Notes: generated from the sequence alone by a model not told the origin. 64,000 nucleotides of DNA from Camelus ferus (GCF_009834535.1 NC_045696.1:75392001-75456000); one strand, 5' to 3'; positions 49,920 through 60,839 are shown, counted from the first letter of the stretch. Numbers and translations are program-made.

Positions 49920-50760
49920 TCCACGGGAAAAGCAGCGTGGAATGCACACTCAGCAGGCTACGAGCCTGGAGACAGTTTGTCCTCGAGGCACTGCTGCCAT
50001 AAAACATAATAGTATCCACTGTGTTTTGCTCTAAGCGGATCTGTCTCCCACTCCCCTCTCTCCCCTTTCTGCTTCTCACTCTGCACCTGGCTGCAATCCA
50101 CGACCCACACCGCACAGAGCAAACAAAACCACGAAACAGCAACAGACTCCTTTGTTTTACATGCAAATCCTACCTCCGGTAGTTGTCACATCTTCCTCAA
50201 AAGCCACGTTTAATTTTTAATGACAGCGATCCAGTGCAGTCCTCCAAATAGCCACCGGTAATCATCATTGCCTCTTGTGCCTANNNNNNNNNNNNNNNNN
50301 NNNNNNNNNNNNNNNNNNNNNNNNNNNNNNNNNNNNNNNNNNNNNNNNNNNNNNNNNNNNNNNNNNNNNNNNNNNNNNNNNNNNNNNNNNNNNNNNNNNN
50401 NNNNNNNNNNNNNNNNNNNNNNNNNNNNNNNTTGAAGCTGCTTCTTACTGTTTTTAAAGCNNNNNNNNNNNNNNNNNNNNNNNNNNNNNNNNNNNNNNNN
50501 NNNNNNNNNNNNNNNNNNNNNNNNNNNNNNNNNNNNNNNNNNNNNNNNNNNNNNNNNNNNNNNNNNNNNNNNNNNNNNNNNNNNNNNNNNNNNNNNNNNN
50601 NNNNNNNNNNNNNNNNNNNNNNNNACAAGACTGAGACAAACACTACCCTGCCAACGGATCAGATTTCCCAATTCTCTTTAACTACAGGAAAGAAAATTGC
50701 TTTTTGAAAATAGCTATTGTTACATGGAAAGTGAAGTTGGGAATAAACATTCTAGAATTC
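49920..50760. promoter_or_regulatory. Putative highly conserved non-coding element, core masked (N 50284-50431 and 50461-50624)
   Basis: Repeat-free context, 12 CpGs counted in 49920-50283, SOX/POU/HOX/MEIS-type motifs, masked core outside any repeat; conservation is inferred, not seen. Confidence 0.5.
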
Positions 50761-51334
50761 CCCAAACAATTCTCACTCCCAGCAAGGGACTCCTTCTCTT
50801 CCCAGTTACAAAAATAAGCATTCTCTTGAGTTAGGTAAGAGAATCAATCCCTAGGAAACATTCTCATCATTACTGAGGTAGGATTCAGAGCACACATTTA
50901 CATAAAATCTCAAATTAAGTATCAAATGGACTGAATGGATCAATGAGCACATTTATTTTTTCATACTGATTTACAAAGCTTTGTGTTCAGTTTGAAGCAA
51001 ACATACGTCCTGCACTTCTGTCCAAATGGAGAGAATGAATGACAGGTGGAAGGCATGGGGATGTGTGTACTACCTCGATCCACTTTGGACAGTCATGATC
51101 CTGGAAGGTGAAAGAGGAATTTCTTACCATTGGGCAGAGACGAGGGTATAACTTGGCTGGAAACACTACTCTGAAAAGTTCTAAGCACTCTTCCAAATAG
51201 GGAAGCAGAAGAAAGTTCTTGGTAGCTCTCAGTAACACAGAGGATGCGTTATGCTCGAACCACCCAATTTTAGTCCTTTTCTTCTGCTGTTCCGTCTCCC
51301 CTCCTGTTATCCCAGGAGCAATAGTTATATACTA

Positions 51335-51373
51335 GTTACTATGGAAACCAAGTGGTCTGCTCCAGGGGAGGGG
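51335..51373. promoter_or_regulatory. RFX X-box (GTTACTATGGAAAC, 51335-51348) plus G-rich SP/KLF-like box (GGGGAGGGG, 51365-51373)
   Basis: Near-consensus 14-bp X-box read directly; function untested. Confidence 0.4.
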
Positions 51374-52799
51374 CTTAGGAAAAGCTGCAGATAGAATATG
51401 CAGGGAAATGTACTGGTCTATAGAATTGAAAGTGAGGTATGATTAACAAGCAAGCAAACAAACGGAAACTACTACAAAACAAAATCTGAAAGGGAATGAT
51501 TATAAATCACCATTGTTTAATTACTGGTAATATTTATTATCTAGAAATATTATTATGATCATAGCATTCATCTTTTGTTATATGCAAGAATTCAATATCT
51601 GAATTGCTCAGATGTTTGATTTTAAAAAAGACACTTTTTTCCCTCTTTGTCTCTCTGGTTTTTTTTTTTTTTTTAAGTTCTGGTTGTCAGTTTGATTATG
51701 CCCTGATTGTATGTGAATTTTAATTGTTACTTGACTAGTCACAATTTCTTTTGAAGAATAAAATGTGATTTAGTGGAAAAATCTCCTTGTATCACAAACT
51801 GTAACTATTTCATTCTGGTTGAGTATCCTTATAGTGGTTTCCCTGGGGCAAAATCAAAATCAGAAAATATTGTAATTTAAATTCCAAAAAGTAATTCTGT
51901 TCCCACTATGTTGGTAGGACAAAAAAAAATCTTTTTCAAATTTTCAGTTCTTAAAATAGAAAAACAAATTTTTGTGTGTGTGTTTTGTCCAAAACCTTTC
52001 ACTAGCCTCAAGATCATGCAAGAGGAATTATTTCTTAGCAGAGTAATTAAATTTCACAGTTGTAAAGAGTCTGGGGAATATAAAATTATTGTCTTTAGTA
52101 CCTCATTTTCACAGTTTGTAATTGGAGTGACTGACAACACTGAAGTAAGAGCACAAAAATTTCAAAATGAAATTGTTGGGAGGTAATTCTTCAGGATTTG
52201 TAAAAAAATTCTATTTTTATTTTTTATAGGAAAGCATATCATTTAAAAATTTGTACTGGAAGAAGGATTATTTCAGGGGAAATGAATTTATGATAGTCTC
52301 TTTAAAAAATGATGGGTGAGTAAAATTATAAATTTTACATCCCAAATACTTTTTTCAAATGTACGGAAGTGTTTAAATGACAATCTGAAAACAATTAACA
52401 GCACTAAATATGATTTAGAAAGAGAGGGAGAGAGAGAATCAGAAAACCTCCCTAGGTGGATACTTCCCTCTGATCCTACAAGTGATTAATTCAGGGAACA
52501 GCTGTTAGTAATACAGGAGATAGGGTAAGATTTTTGATGAAGTAAGGGTGGGGCTGGGGAAGAGATGATTAATGATGCTTTAAGAAGGCTCTGTCCCTGG
52601 AGGGGTAGAGGCCAACTGACCTCTCTGATGATGAAGGAGGCTTCTGGAAAAGACAGTTCAGATGGGAGTGGGGGTGGGGTGGAAGATGGTTTGTTGAGGT
52701 AGTGGAGAAGGAGCAGGAAACCAGGAAAGGAAGCTGAAGGGAGGGCAAGAAGAGGAGAAGAGATCCATGTAGGAGGAAGGAAAGAATTTCATGGTGTTG

Positions 52800-52995
52800 G
52801 AAGAGGGCACAGGCTTTGGAATAAGGACACCTGATTTTGAAACTTGGCTGAGAGCCTATTTGAGCCTTTCCTGTGAAATGGGGTGTTCAGAATAGCTGTT
52901 GTAAGACTGCAGCAATAATAAGGCAAGGGATGTTGATAAGGGAGAGTAGAGGCTCTTGTGAACAGAAATACTAGAATAAATGCTAGCTTTTACTG
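52800..52995 (+). mobile_element. MIR SINE, internally deleted
   Basis: 'agagggcacaggctttgga', 'tgagcctttcctgtgaaatgggg', 'aataaatgctagc'. Confidence 0.65.
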
Positions 52996-54134
52996 AACAA
53001 GAAGAAAGATGGAGATGAGTGATTAGAGAGGAGGTAAGAGGAATGGGAAAGAGGGGAAAAGAAGGTAGGAAGAAAGGACGCATGGCTAGGAAAAAGAGGG
53101 GGCTTGGAGGAGATAAAAATTTCTCTTGTTGGATCACATATATCTTGTGTTTCTTGTTTTTGTTTTTGCTTTCTGGATCACGTTCCAATAACTGTCACCT
53201 TAGTTCTCTCCCTGTGATGAGGTTTCAGATAATAAAGTATCTTTGGTGCTCACACTTTTTTCAACAAGAGAGAACCTATGCTGAATTTGTTTAAAAGTGT
53301 ATTCTCCTGTATCAAAAAGAGCTGATCTGAGGATTGAATTTAGTAATTCGTAGCATTGCTTTTTTGGATGGTTCCCTGGAGAATGAAGTTTGGGGCAGCA
53401 GAAGGCAGGAACTGAAGTGATATTTCAGAACTATATTACCAAACATATTCAGCAAGTGTACTCTGTGCATCTGTAACTTGATAACATTTTTGACGGCATC
53501 TGCTCTCTGAATGCACGTAAAAAACTTGTTCTGAAAAGAATATGTGTATGTTAACAAATATTAGGTTGAGAATTGGAGCCTGGGCGAGAATGATGTGATC
53601 ACATATGCAGAGAATTTGCAGTTTACATGCACAGCCTGCAAGTTAAACAGTTTAATGAATGGAATGATGAATGCATAATTTTATTATGAGTCATCACTAT
53701 TAAAATGAAAATTTGATAGATACATAACCAGAAAGTGTAGTTATCTGTTACAGATACAAGTGCTAATTGTATTTTGGAGTATATAATTTGTGCTCTGAAT
53801 AAAACAGAGAGTAACTGCTTTTGCCGTGTTGTATTTTTCTAGGAACAACGGGAAAGTTAGTTTAGAAACTGCTTCCTTCCTGTTACATTCCTGTGAAAGC
53901 TGAAACTGATTCACTCTGAAGACTCAGTTTAGATCCATAAAAGAGGCATTCTCTAATATAAATGTCAAGTCTTAGCCCTAGAAAATAGTTAAAACAGTTG
54001 ATGAAAATCTGACATTTAAAGCACAGTGTCTGATTTCCAAGATGACTGAAGTGCCTTTCATTTGTCTACATCACTTTTCATAAAGATTTTCCTTCTCATT
54101 AGAAATTTTTTAAAGTTCACTAATGGAATAATAG

Positions 54135-54312
54135 TTTCTAAAACATTACGTTTATGGAGTATATTCACACAAACGTATTTGATCCTCAGAACAAAGTTAC
54201 TGAGAGGTAAGGCAAATATGAATAGTTCCATTTCCATCTGGGGAAATTGAGGATGAGAGAAGTTAAATGATTACCCTAAGGTCACATAGCCTGTAAATAT
54301 GTCTTCTGACTC
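54135..54312 (-). mobile_element. MIR SINE
   Basis: 'ggaaattgaggatgagagaagttaaatgattaccctaaggtcacatagc'. Confidence 0.82.
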
Positions 54313-55855
54313 ATAATACAGCATTGTTTTTATCTCATGAAACTTTTATTCCTAATTGTTCTCCTATAAATATCTAGAAATATAAGTACTAGAAGAATTT
54401 TTTAAAACCATAGAAAAGAAAAAGTGTAAACTGGAGCTTACCAGCATATTTTTTTTCTCTTCCCATCTGGCAAATATTCATGCCTGTTTTTACCTTTGAT
54501 TTTCTAGTTCTATGTTTTTAAGTTGGGGTTGGTAAACCTTTTTAAAAGATAAGCTATAGATTTTCACAGTTCTTCTAAGGACAGAATTGACATTAGATAT
54601 AATTCTATACTAATGACAGCAGCTGAACAGGATCTCTGATCTGTGGGCTACAAGCACAAGCCCATCTAGTGAGGCCATGATTTGGATCACTGTCTGGGAT
54701 TCTTTGATTGTATTTCTGTCTGTATTCATGAAAATTAGGAGAGAAAGTCCTGCAGGAAATCTCCCTTTCCATCAGCAGTTACTCCTATCAGCAGGTTTCA
54801 AAGAATTACCATTCTGTATGCCTGTGGTTGAAATGGGAAAAGGAGGCAGATGATAATAGAACATTCATGTTAATTGATTTACCTGAACTTTCGGAAGGGG
54901 AGAAACTTTCTCCCTAACATTCCCCCTCCCACCACCAAACACAGATAAAGATGCCCTCTCCCTCCCCTGGATGCCCATGAGAAAGCACTGGCACAGGCTA
55001 GTTTAACCAACTTTCTGAAGCCATCATTCTTTGGCTGAGCCATTGCATCTGGCAGACAGCTTACTGGGGCTGCATTTCCATCCTCCTGAAGCCTATCAGG
55101 GGATCAGACATAAATCAGTTTTAAAATAAAACATAAAATAGAGCAGTGAAAGTTGTTGGAGTTTTATTTCATTTGGGTTCTCTTACTTCCCGGGGCCTAG
55201 ATGCAATATTCCTGCTTTGGGGAAACATGCAGTATACCAATGTGACACTCCAGACATGGTGTATCTATAAGCAATCAAGGCGAAGATGATCAGTAGTTGC
55301 TATTGTTATTCTTATGACTTACGGCGCTGCAGTATTATGTACCCTACACAGCGTAGCATTAGATATGATACCTGCTGCTTTCGATATCAGTTAATTAAAA
55401 GACATCTGTCTTAAAAACAAAATGAAATAAAACAAAAAATCCCTTCTATGCAGTAGGCTCCAAAATTGGGTCCAAAGGACAAGGATTTATATGTATGTTG
55501 GTGTTTGCATTCATGTGTGTATTTTAATAACACACTAAATGTTGCTAGATCTTTAGGGTGGAAGAAGAATTATTTAACAAAATGCTTTTTAGCAAGTGTG
55601 TGAGCATTCATTGTAAAAGGTTCCACTGTGCAAAACTATAGGAAAATCTATTATGTTTGTTAATTGAAGAATTTCTAAGTGTTATTCAATGCTAGACATC
55701 TAAGAAAGTCTTAATAAATATTTCTACATTTCATAATTTACTTAGGGAAAGAATCAGCAAAATGGATATAAACAAATACATTCTGTATACAGAAATGTAT
55801 TTGTAAAGTTACTTTTATCAAGAGTATAGGTTAAAAAAAAAAGAGTATAGGTTAG

Positions 55856-57590
55856 CTTTAAAAAAATCGAAAGATATCCCATGCTCCTGGATTGGAAGAA
55901 TCAATATTGTTAAAATGGTCACACTGCCCACGGCAGTCTGACAGATTTAAAGCAATCCTTATCAAATTACCCAGGACATATTTCACAGAACTAGAACAAA
56001 TCATAATAAAATTTATATGGAACCACAGAAGACCTAGAATTGCCAAAGCATTACTGAAGAAAAAGAAAGAGGCTGGAGGAATAACTCTTCCAGACTTCAG
56101 ACAATACTATAGAGCTACAGTAATCAAGACAGCAAGGTATTGGTACAAAAACAGACATAGATCAATGGAACAGAATAGAAGCCCAGAAATGAACCCACAA
56201 ACTTTTGGTCAACTAATCTTCGAATCAGGAGGCAAGAATATACAATGGAATAAAGACAGTCTCTTCAGCAAATGGTGTTGGGAAAACTGGACAGCAGCAT
56301 GTAAAGCAATGAAGCTAGAACACTCCCTTACACCATCCACAAAAATAAACTCAAAATGGATCAAAGACTTTAAACATAAGACAAGATACAATAAACCTCC
56401 TAGAAGAAAACAGGCAAAACATTATCTCACATACATCTCAAAAATGTTTTCCTAGGGCAGTCTACCCAAGCAATAGAANNNNNNNNNNNNNNNNNNNNNN
56501 NNNNNNNNNNNNNNNNNNNNNNNNNNNNNNNNNNNNNNNNNNNNNNNNNNNNNNNNNNNNNNNNNNNNNNNNNNNNNNNNNNNNNNNNNNNNNNNNNNNN
56601 NNNNNNNNNAGGTTTGATCTCCAGAATATATAAGCAGCTCATACGACGTAATAAGAAAAAAACAAACAACCCAATCCAAAAATGGGCAGAAGNNNNNNNN
56701 NNNNNNNNNNNNNNNNNNNNNNNNNNNNNNNNNNNNNNNNNNNNNNNNNNNNNNNNNNNNNNNNNNNNNNNNNNNNNNNNNNNNNNNNNNNNNNNNNNNN
56801 NNNNNNNNNNNNNNNNNNNNNNNNNNNNNNNNNNNNNNNNNNNNNNNNATGACAAATGCTGGAAAGGCTGTGGAGAAAGGGGAACCCTCCTACACTGCTG
56901 GTGGGAATGCAATTTGGTGCAGCCACTGTGGAAAACAGTATGGAGATTCCTCAAAAGACTAGGAATAGACTTACCATATGACCCAGGAATCCCACTCCTG
57001 GGTATATATCCAGAAGGGAGCCTACTTCAAAAAGACACCTGCACCCCAATGTTCATAGAAGCACTACTTANNNNNNNNNNNNNNNNNNNNNNNNNNNNNN
57101 NNNNNNNNNNNNNNNNNNNNNNNNNNNNNNNNNNNNNNNNNNNNNNNNNNNNNNNNNNNNNNNNNNNNNNNNNNNNNNNNNNNNNNNNNNNNNNNNNNNN
57201 NNNNNNNNNNNNNNNNNNNNNCACTCTAAGTGAAGTAAGCCAGAAGAGAAAGAAAAATACCATATGAGATCGCTCATATGTGGAATCTAAAAATAAAAAA
57301 GAACATAAATACAAAACAGAAACAGACACTCATAGACATAGAATACAAACTTGTGGTTGCCAAGGGGGTGGGGGGTGGGAAGGGACAGACTGGGATTTCA
57401 AAAAGTAGAATAGATAAACAAGATTGTACTGTGTAGCACAGGGAAATATATACAGGATGTTGTGGTGGCTCATAGCAAAAAAAAATGTGACAATGAATAT
57501 ATGTATGTTCATGTATAACTGAAAAATTGTGCTCTACTCTAGAATTTGACACAACATTGTAAAATGACTATAACTCAATAAAAAAATGTT
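55856..57590 (+). mobile_element. Relatively young 5'-truncated L1 (ORF2 C-terminal part, frameshifted, plus 3'UTR and polyA), camelid-type 3' end
   Basis: Peptides such as [63 protein letters not shown] (ORF2 CCHC region), [12 protein letters not shown]; AATAAA then A tail; TSD a10-gag(t/c)ataggttag at 55833-55855 and 57591-57613. Confidence 0.97.
57364..57384 (+). other. G-quadruplex-competent polypurine tract of the L1 3'UTR
   Basis: 'gggggtggggggtgggaaggg': four G runs of 3 or more with 1-2 nt loops; known feature of L1 3'UTRs. Confidence 0.75.
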
Positions 57591-57691
57591 AAAAAAAAAA
57601 GAGCATAGGTTAGATATGACGGTGGCTTCACTGCATGCCCTGTTTTCCCACCTAAAAACAAAACACTGTATAATTCTTATAATAAAAGTGA

Positions 57692-59234
57692 ATGGAGCTG
57701 AAGGAATCACGCTCCCTGACTTCATACTGTACTACAAGGCTACAGTAGTCAAGGCAGTGTGATTCTGGCACAGGGACAGACACGTGGATTGATGGAGCAG
57801 GATGAAGGGTCCTGAAATGAGCCTGTGCACTTATGGTCAATTAATATAATATGACAAAGGAGGCAAGAATATATGGTGGAGAGGGGACAGTCTCTTCAAT
57901 AGGTGGTGCTGGGAAAACTGGACAGCTATATGTAAAAGAATGAAATTAGAACATTCTCTACCACCATATACAAAAGTAAACTCAAAATGGATTAAAGACC
58001 TATATGTAAGACTGGATACTCTGAAACTCCTAGAAGAAAACATAGGCAGAACGATCTTTGACATAAATTTCAGCAATTTTTTTTCGAACCACTNNNNNNN
58101 NNNNNNNNNNNNNNNNNNNNNNNNNNNNNNNNNNNNNNNNNNNNNNNNNNNNNNNNNNNNNNNNNNNNNNNNNNNNNNNNNNNNNNNNNNNNNNNNNNNN
58201 NNNNNNNNNNNNNNNNNNNNNNNNNNNNNNNNNNNNNNNGGGACTAATTTCCAAACAGCTCATATAGCTTAATATCAAAAAATAAACAATCTAATAANNN
58301 NNNNNNNNNNNNNNNNNNNNNNNNNNNNNNNNNNNNNNNNNNNNNNNNNNNNNNNNNNNNNNNNNNNNNNNNNNNNNNNNNNNNNNNNNNNNNNNNNNNN
58401 NNNNNNNNNNNNNNNNNNNNNNNNNNNNNNNNNNNNNNNNNNNNNNNNNNNNNNNNNNNNNNNNNNNNNNNNNNNNNNNNNNNNNNNNNNNNNNNNNNNN
58501 NNNNNNNNNNNNNNNNNNNNNNNNNNNNNNNNNNNNNNNNNNNNNNNNNNNNNNNNNNNNNNNNNGTTCCTTGAAAAACTAAAAATAGACTTACCATATG
58601 ATCCAGCAATCCCACGCCCAGGCATATATCTAGAGAAAAGTATAACTGGAAAAGACANNNNNNNNNNNNNNNNNNNNNNNNNNNNNNNNNNNNNNNNNNN
58701 NNNNNNNNNNNNNNNNNNNNNNNNNNNNNNNNNNNNNNNNNNNNNNNNNNNNNNNNNNNNNNNNNNNNNNNNNNNNNNNNNNNNNNNNNNNNNNNNNNNN
58801 NNNNNNNNNNNNNNNNNNNNNNNNNNNNNNNNNNNNNNNNNNNNNNNNNNNNNNNNNNNNNNNNNNNNNNNNNNNNNNNNNNNNNNNNNNNNNNNNNNNN
58901 NNNNNNNNNNNNCAGAAAAAGTACTACAAATTCTGTTTACAAAAACAGTTTCAAGTACATAGAAAACAAACTATGGTTACCAAAGAGGAAAGAGCAGGGA
59001 GGGATAAATTAGGGGTTGGGGATTAACACATACACATTACTATATATAAAATAGATAAATAAAAGGACCTACTGTACAGCACTGGGAACTATATGCAATT
59101 TTTTATAATAACATATAATGGAAAAGAATCTGAAAAGAAAATATATATGTATATGTATAACTGAATCACTTTGCTGTACACTTGAAACTAACATTGTAAA
59201 TCAGCTACACTTCAATAAAAAATTAAAAAAAGAG
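57692..59234 (+). mobile_element. Second, older 5'-truncated L1 (cetartiodactyl L1_Art-like 3'UTR)
   Basis: ORF2 remnant [38 protein letters not shown]; 3'UTR 'gggattaacacatacacattactatatataaaatagataa...gtataactgaatcactttgctgtacac'; 8-bp TSD aaaagtga at 57684-57691 and 59235-59242. Confidence 0.95.
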
Positions 59235-59449
59235 AAAAGTGATACATACTCATGATTGGAAAGTTAGAGTAAGTAGACAATATAAACAAAAGTTTCCTGC
59301 AGTGCTATAATCCACAGATAACGTATTAATATGTATTATTAATATTTAAAAAACTAGAATTACATTGCATATGTAGTTTTTTATGTTAATTTTCTCCTTA
59401 ACATTATAACATGTTTTCCATGTTATTTTAAAATCTTCAAATCTTTTTT

Positions 59450-59638
59450 ATTTTTTTATTACTTTTTTTCTTCCTTTTTTGTTTCTTCTTTTTTTTTTTT
59501 TAATGTTCTTTTTTAATGGGGGGAGATAATTTTTTAGGTTTATTTATTTATTTATTTTTCAAACACAGGTGCTGGGAATTGAACCCAGGACCTTGTGCAT
59601 GCTAGGCAGGCACTCTACCACTGAGCTATACCCTCCCC
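59450..59638 (-). mobile_element. Vic-1-type camelid tRNA-derived SINE
   Basis: Minus strand 'ggggagggtatagctcagtggtagagtgcctgcctagcatgcacaaggtcctgggttcaattcccagcacc' with intact Pol III A box (TAGCTCAGTGG) and B box (GGTTCAATTCC); perfect 16-bp TSD tcttcaaatctttttt at 59434-59449 and 59639-59654. Confidence 0.92.
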
Positions 59639-60837
59639 TCTTCAAATCTTTTTTAAAAGATGCATAATATTTTATCATATGAATCTTCCCTAGACTATTT
59701 AAGAAATCCACTGTTAAACACACAGGTGGTTTTTAAATTTTTCATTAGCATAGTGCTCTGCTGAAGGTCTTTTTACATAAATCTTTGTCTACATCTCTAA
59801 TTATATTTATTTAGGATAAAGTTTCAGGTCTGGATCATTGGCCTGAAATGTGTGAACATTCCAGAGGCTTTTGGCATGCATTACAAAGCTGCTCTCTTGA
59901 AGGACTGTACTGTTTTCAGAGTTCCACCAGTGGGATCTGCCCCTGCCCAGGACAGGGTATTCATTGGTATGGGAAGAGGATGCTTTATTCCTTTATTTCA
60001 CACAGAGAGATTTATTTCCACTTTTATTTTTGCTTCTGGGACTTAAGTGGAAGTCAAGTGTCATGTAATGAGAGGAGAGAGAAAAGAGGCAATTCCACTA
60101 ATGTTGGAACTTTGGTTTCAGTTTCCTGAAGTGGAAATGTTTTTATTCCCATTGTGGGGAAGGGAAAGTGAAGACCTGCTGCAAAGCCTGGGGCTTACAT
60201 TTGTGGTTCCTGTTGCTTAGAGCAGAGTCTCTCCTCAACAGTGTTCTTTGAAACCTGAGTCATGTCTGCTCTTGGGGGATTCTGTTGTATGCCAGAGATA
60301 CAAAAAAAAAAAATCCAAAAGTTAAATCTGGTGTGTCTTTCTGAAAAATCAATTTGCTTACAGATTTTGGAGGCAGGAGTTTTGAATTTCTGTGTTTTGC
60401 AAAGTTTTTAGCACATACATAAATCAGTAGAATTGCTTTTCCAACATCATTAAACCTGAAACTTTTCCAGATAAGCTCACCAAACACAACATTTTTATGA
60501 ACTGGAAAGTTATTGGGAATCTGGAACTTTTTTTGTCTTCAAGGAATTCTTATGCCATTTATCAAAATGAATAGAGAATGCCTTTGATGGGAACCAGTGA
60601 TGATAATATGGAAGGGTGGAAGCATTTCTCAGCAAATTAGAAGAGACCTATGTTGCCTGTTTCATGAAAAAGGAATTTGTCAGCTTTCTAAGATTCAGAA
60701 ATTTTAGATGTTACACACACAAAAACTGCCCCCACAAAAATCAGATCAATATCCTGCTGAGATTGCATTCAATCAAATATTAATTTACACAGGAATCCAT
60801 GTTTTATTTTAATTCCTGCTAAGGAAGTAACTCAAAT

Positions 60838-60839
<2 letters not shown>

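Larger units (their letters stand above)
57640..59950 (-). mobile_element. Ancient L1ME 3' end that hosts the second L1 and the Vic-1 SINE
   Basis: Removing both inserts restores 'cttataataaaagtgatacatactcatg...aatccacagataac...acattataacatgttttccatgt...catagtgctctgctgaaggtctttttacataaatctttg', which fits antisense L1ME. Confidence 0.75.

Noticed and set aside
50210-50707. Several ORF-track entries of 60-153 aa across the masked block
   Set aside because: They stay open only because Ns translate as X; the visible peptide pieces match nothing I recognise.
55892-56455. 187-aa ORF with L1 ORF2 similarity as a possible functional gene
   Set aside because: It is a 5'-truncated L1 remnant. The frame enters via a 1-nt insertion, survives through compensating 2-nt and 1-nt deletions ([10 protein letters not shown] out of frame) and leaves frame again at KDFKHK.
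59566-59638. tRNA gene
   Set aside because: The A and B boxes belong to a SINE head followed by an A-rich tail and TSD; no complete cloverleaf acceptor stem.
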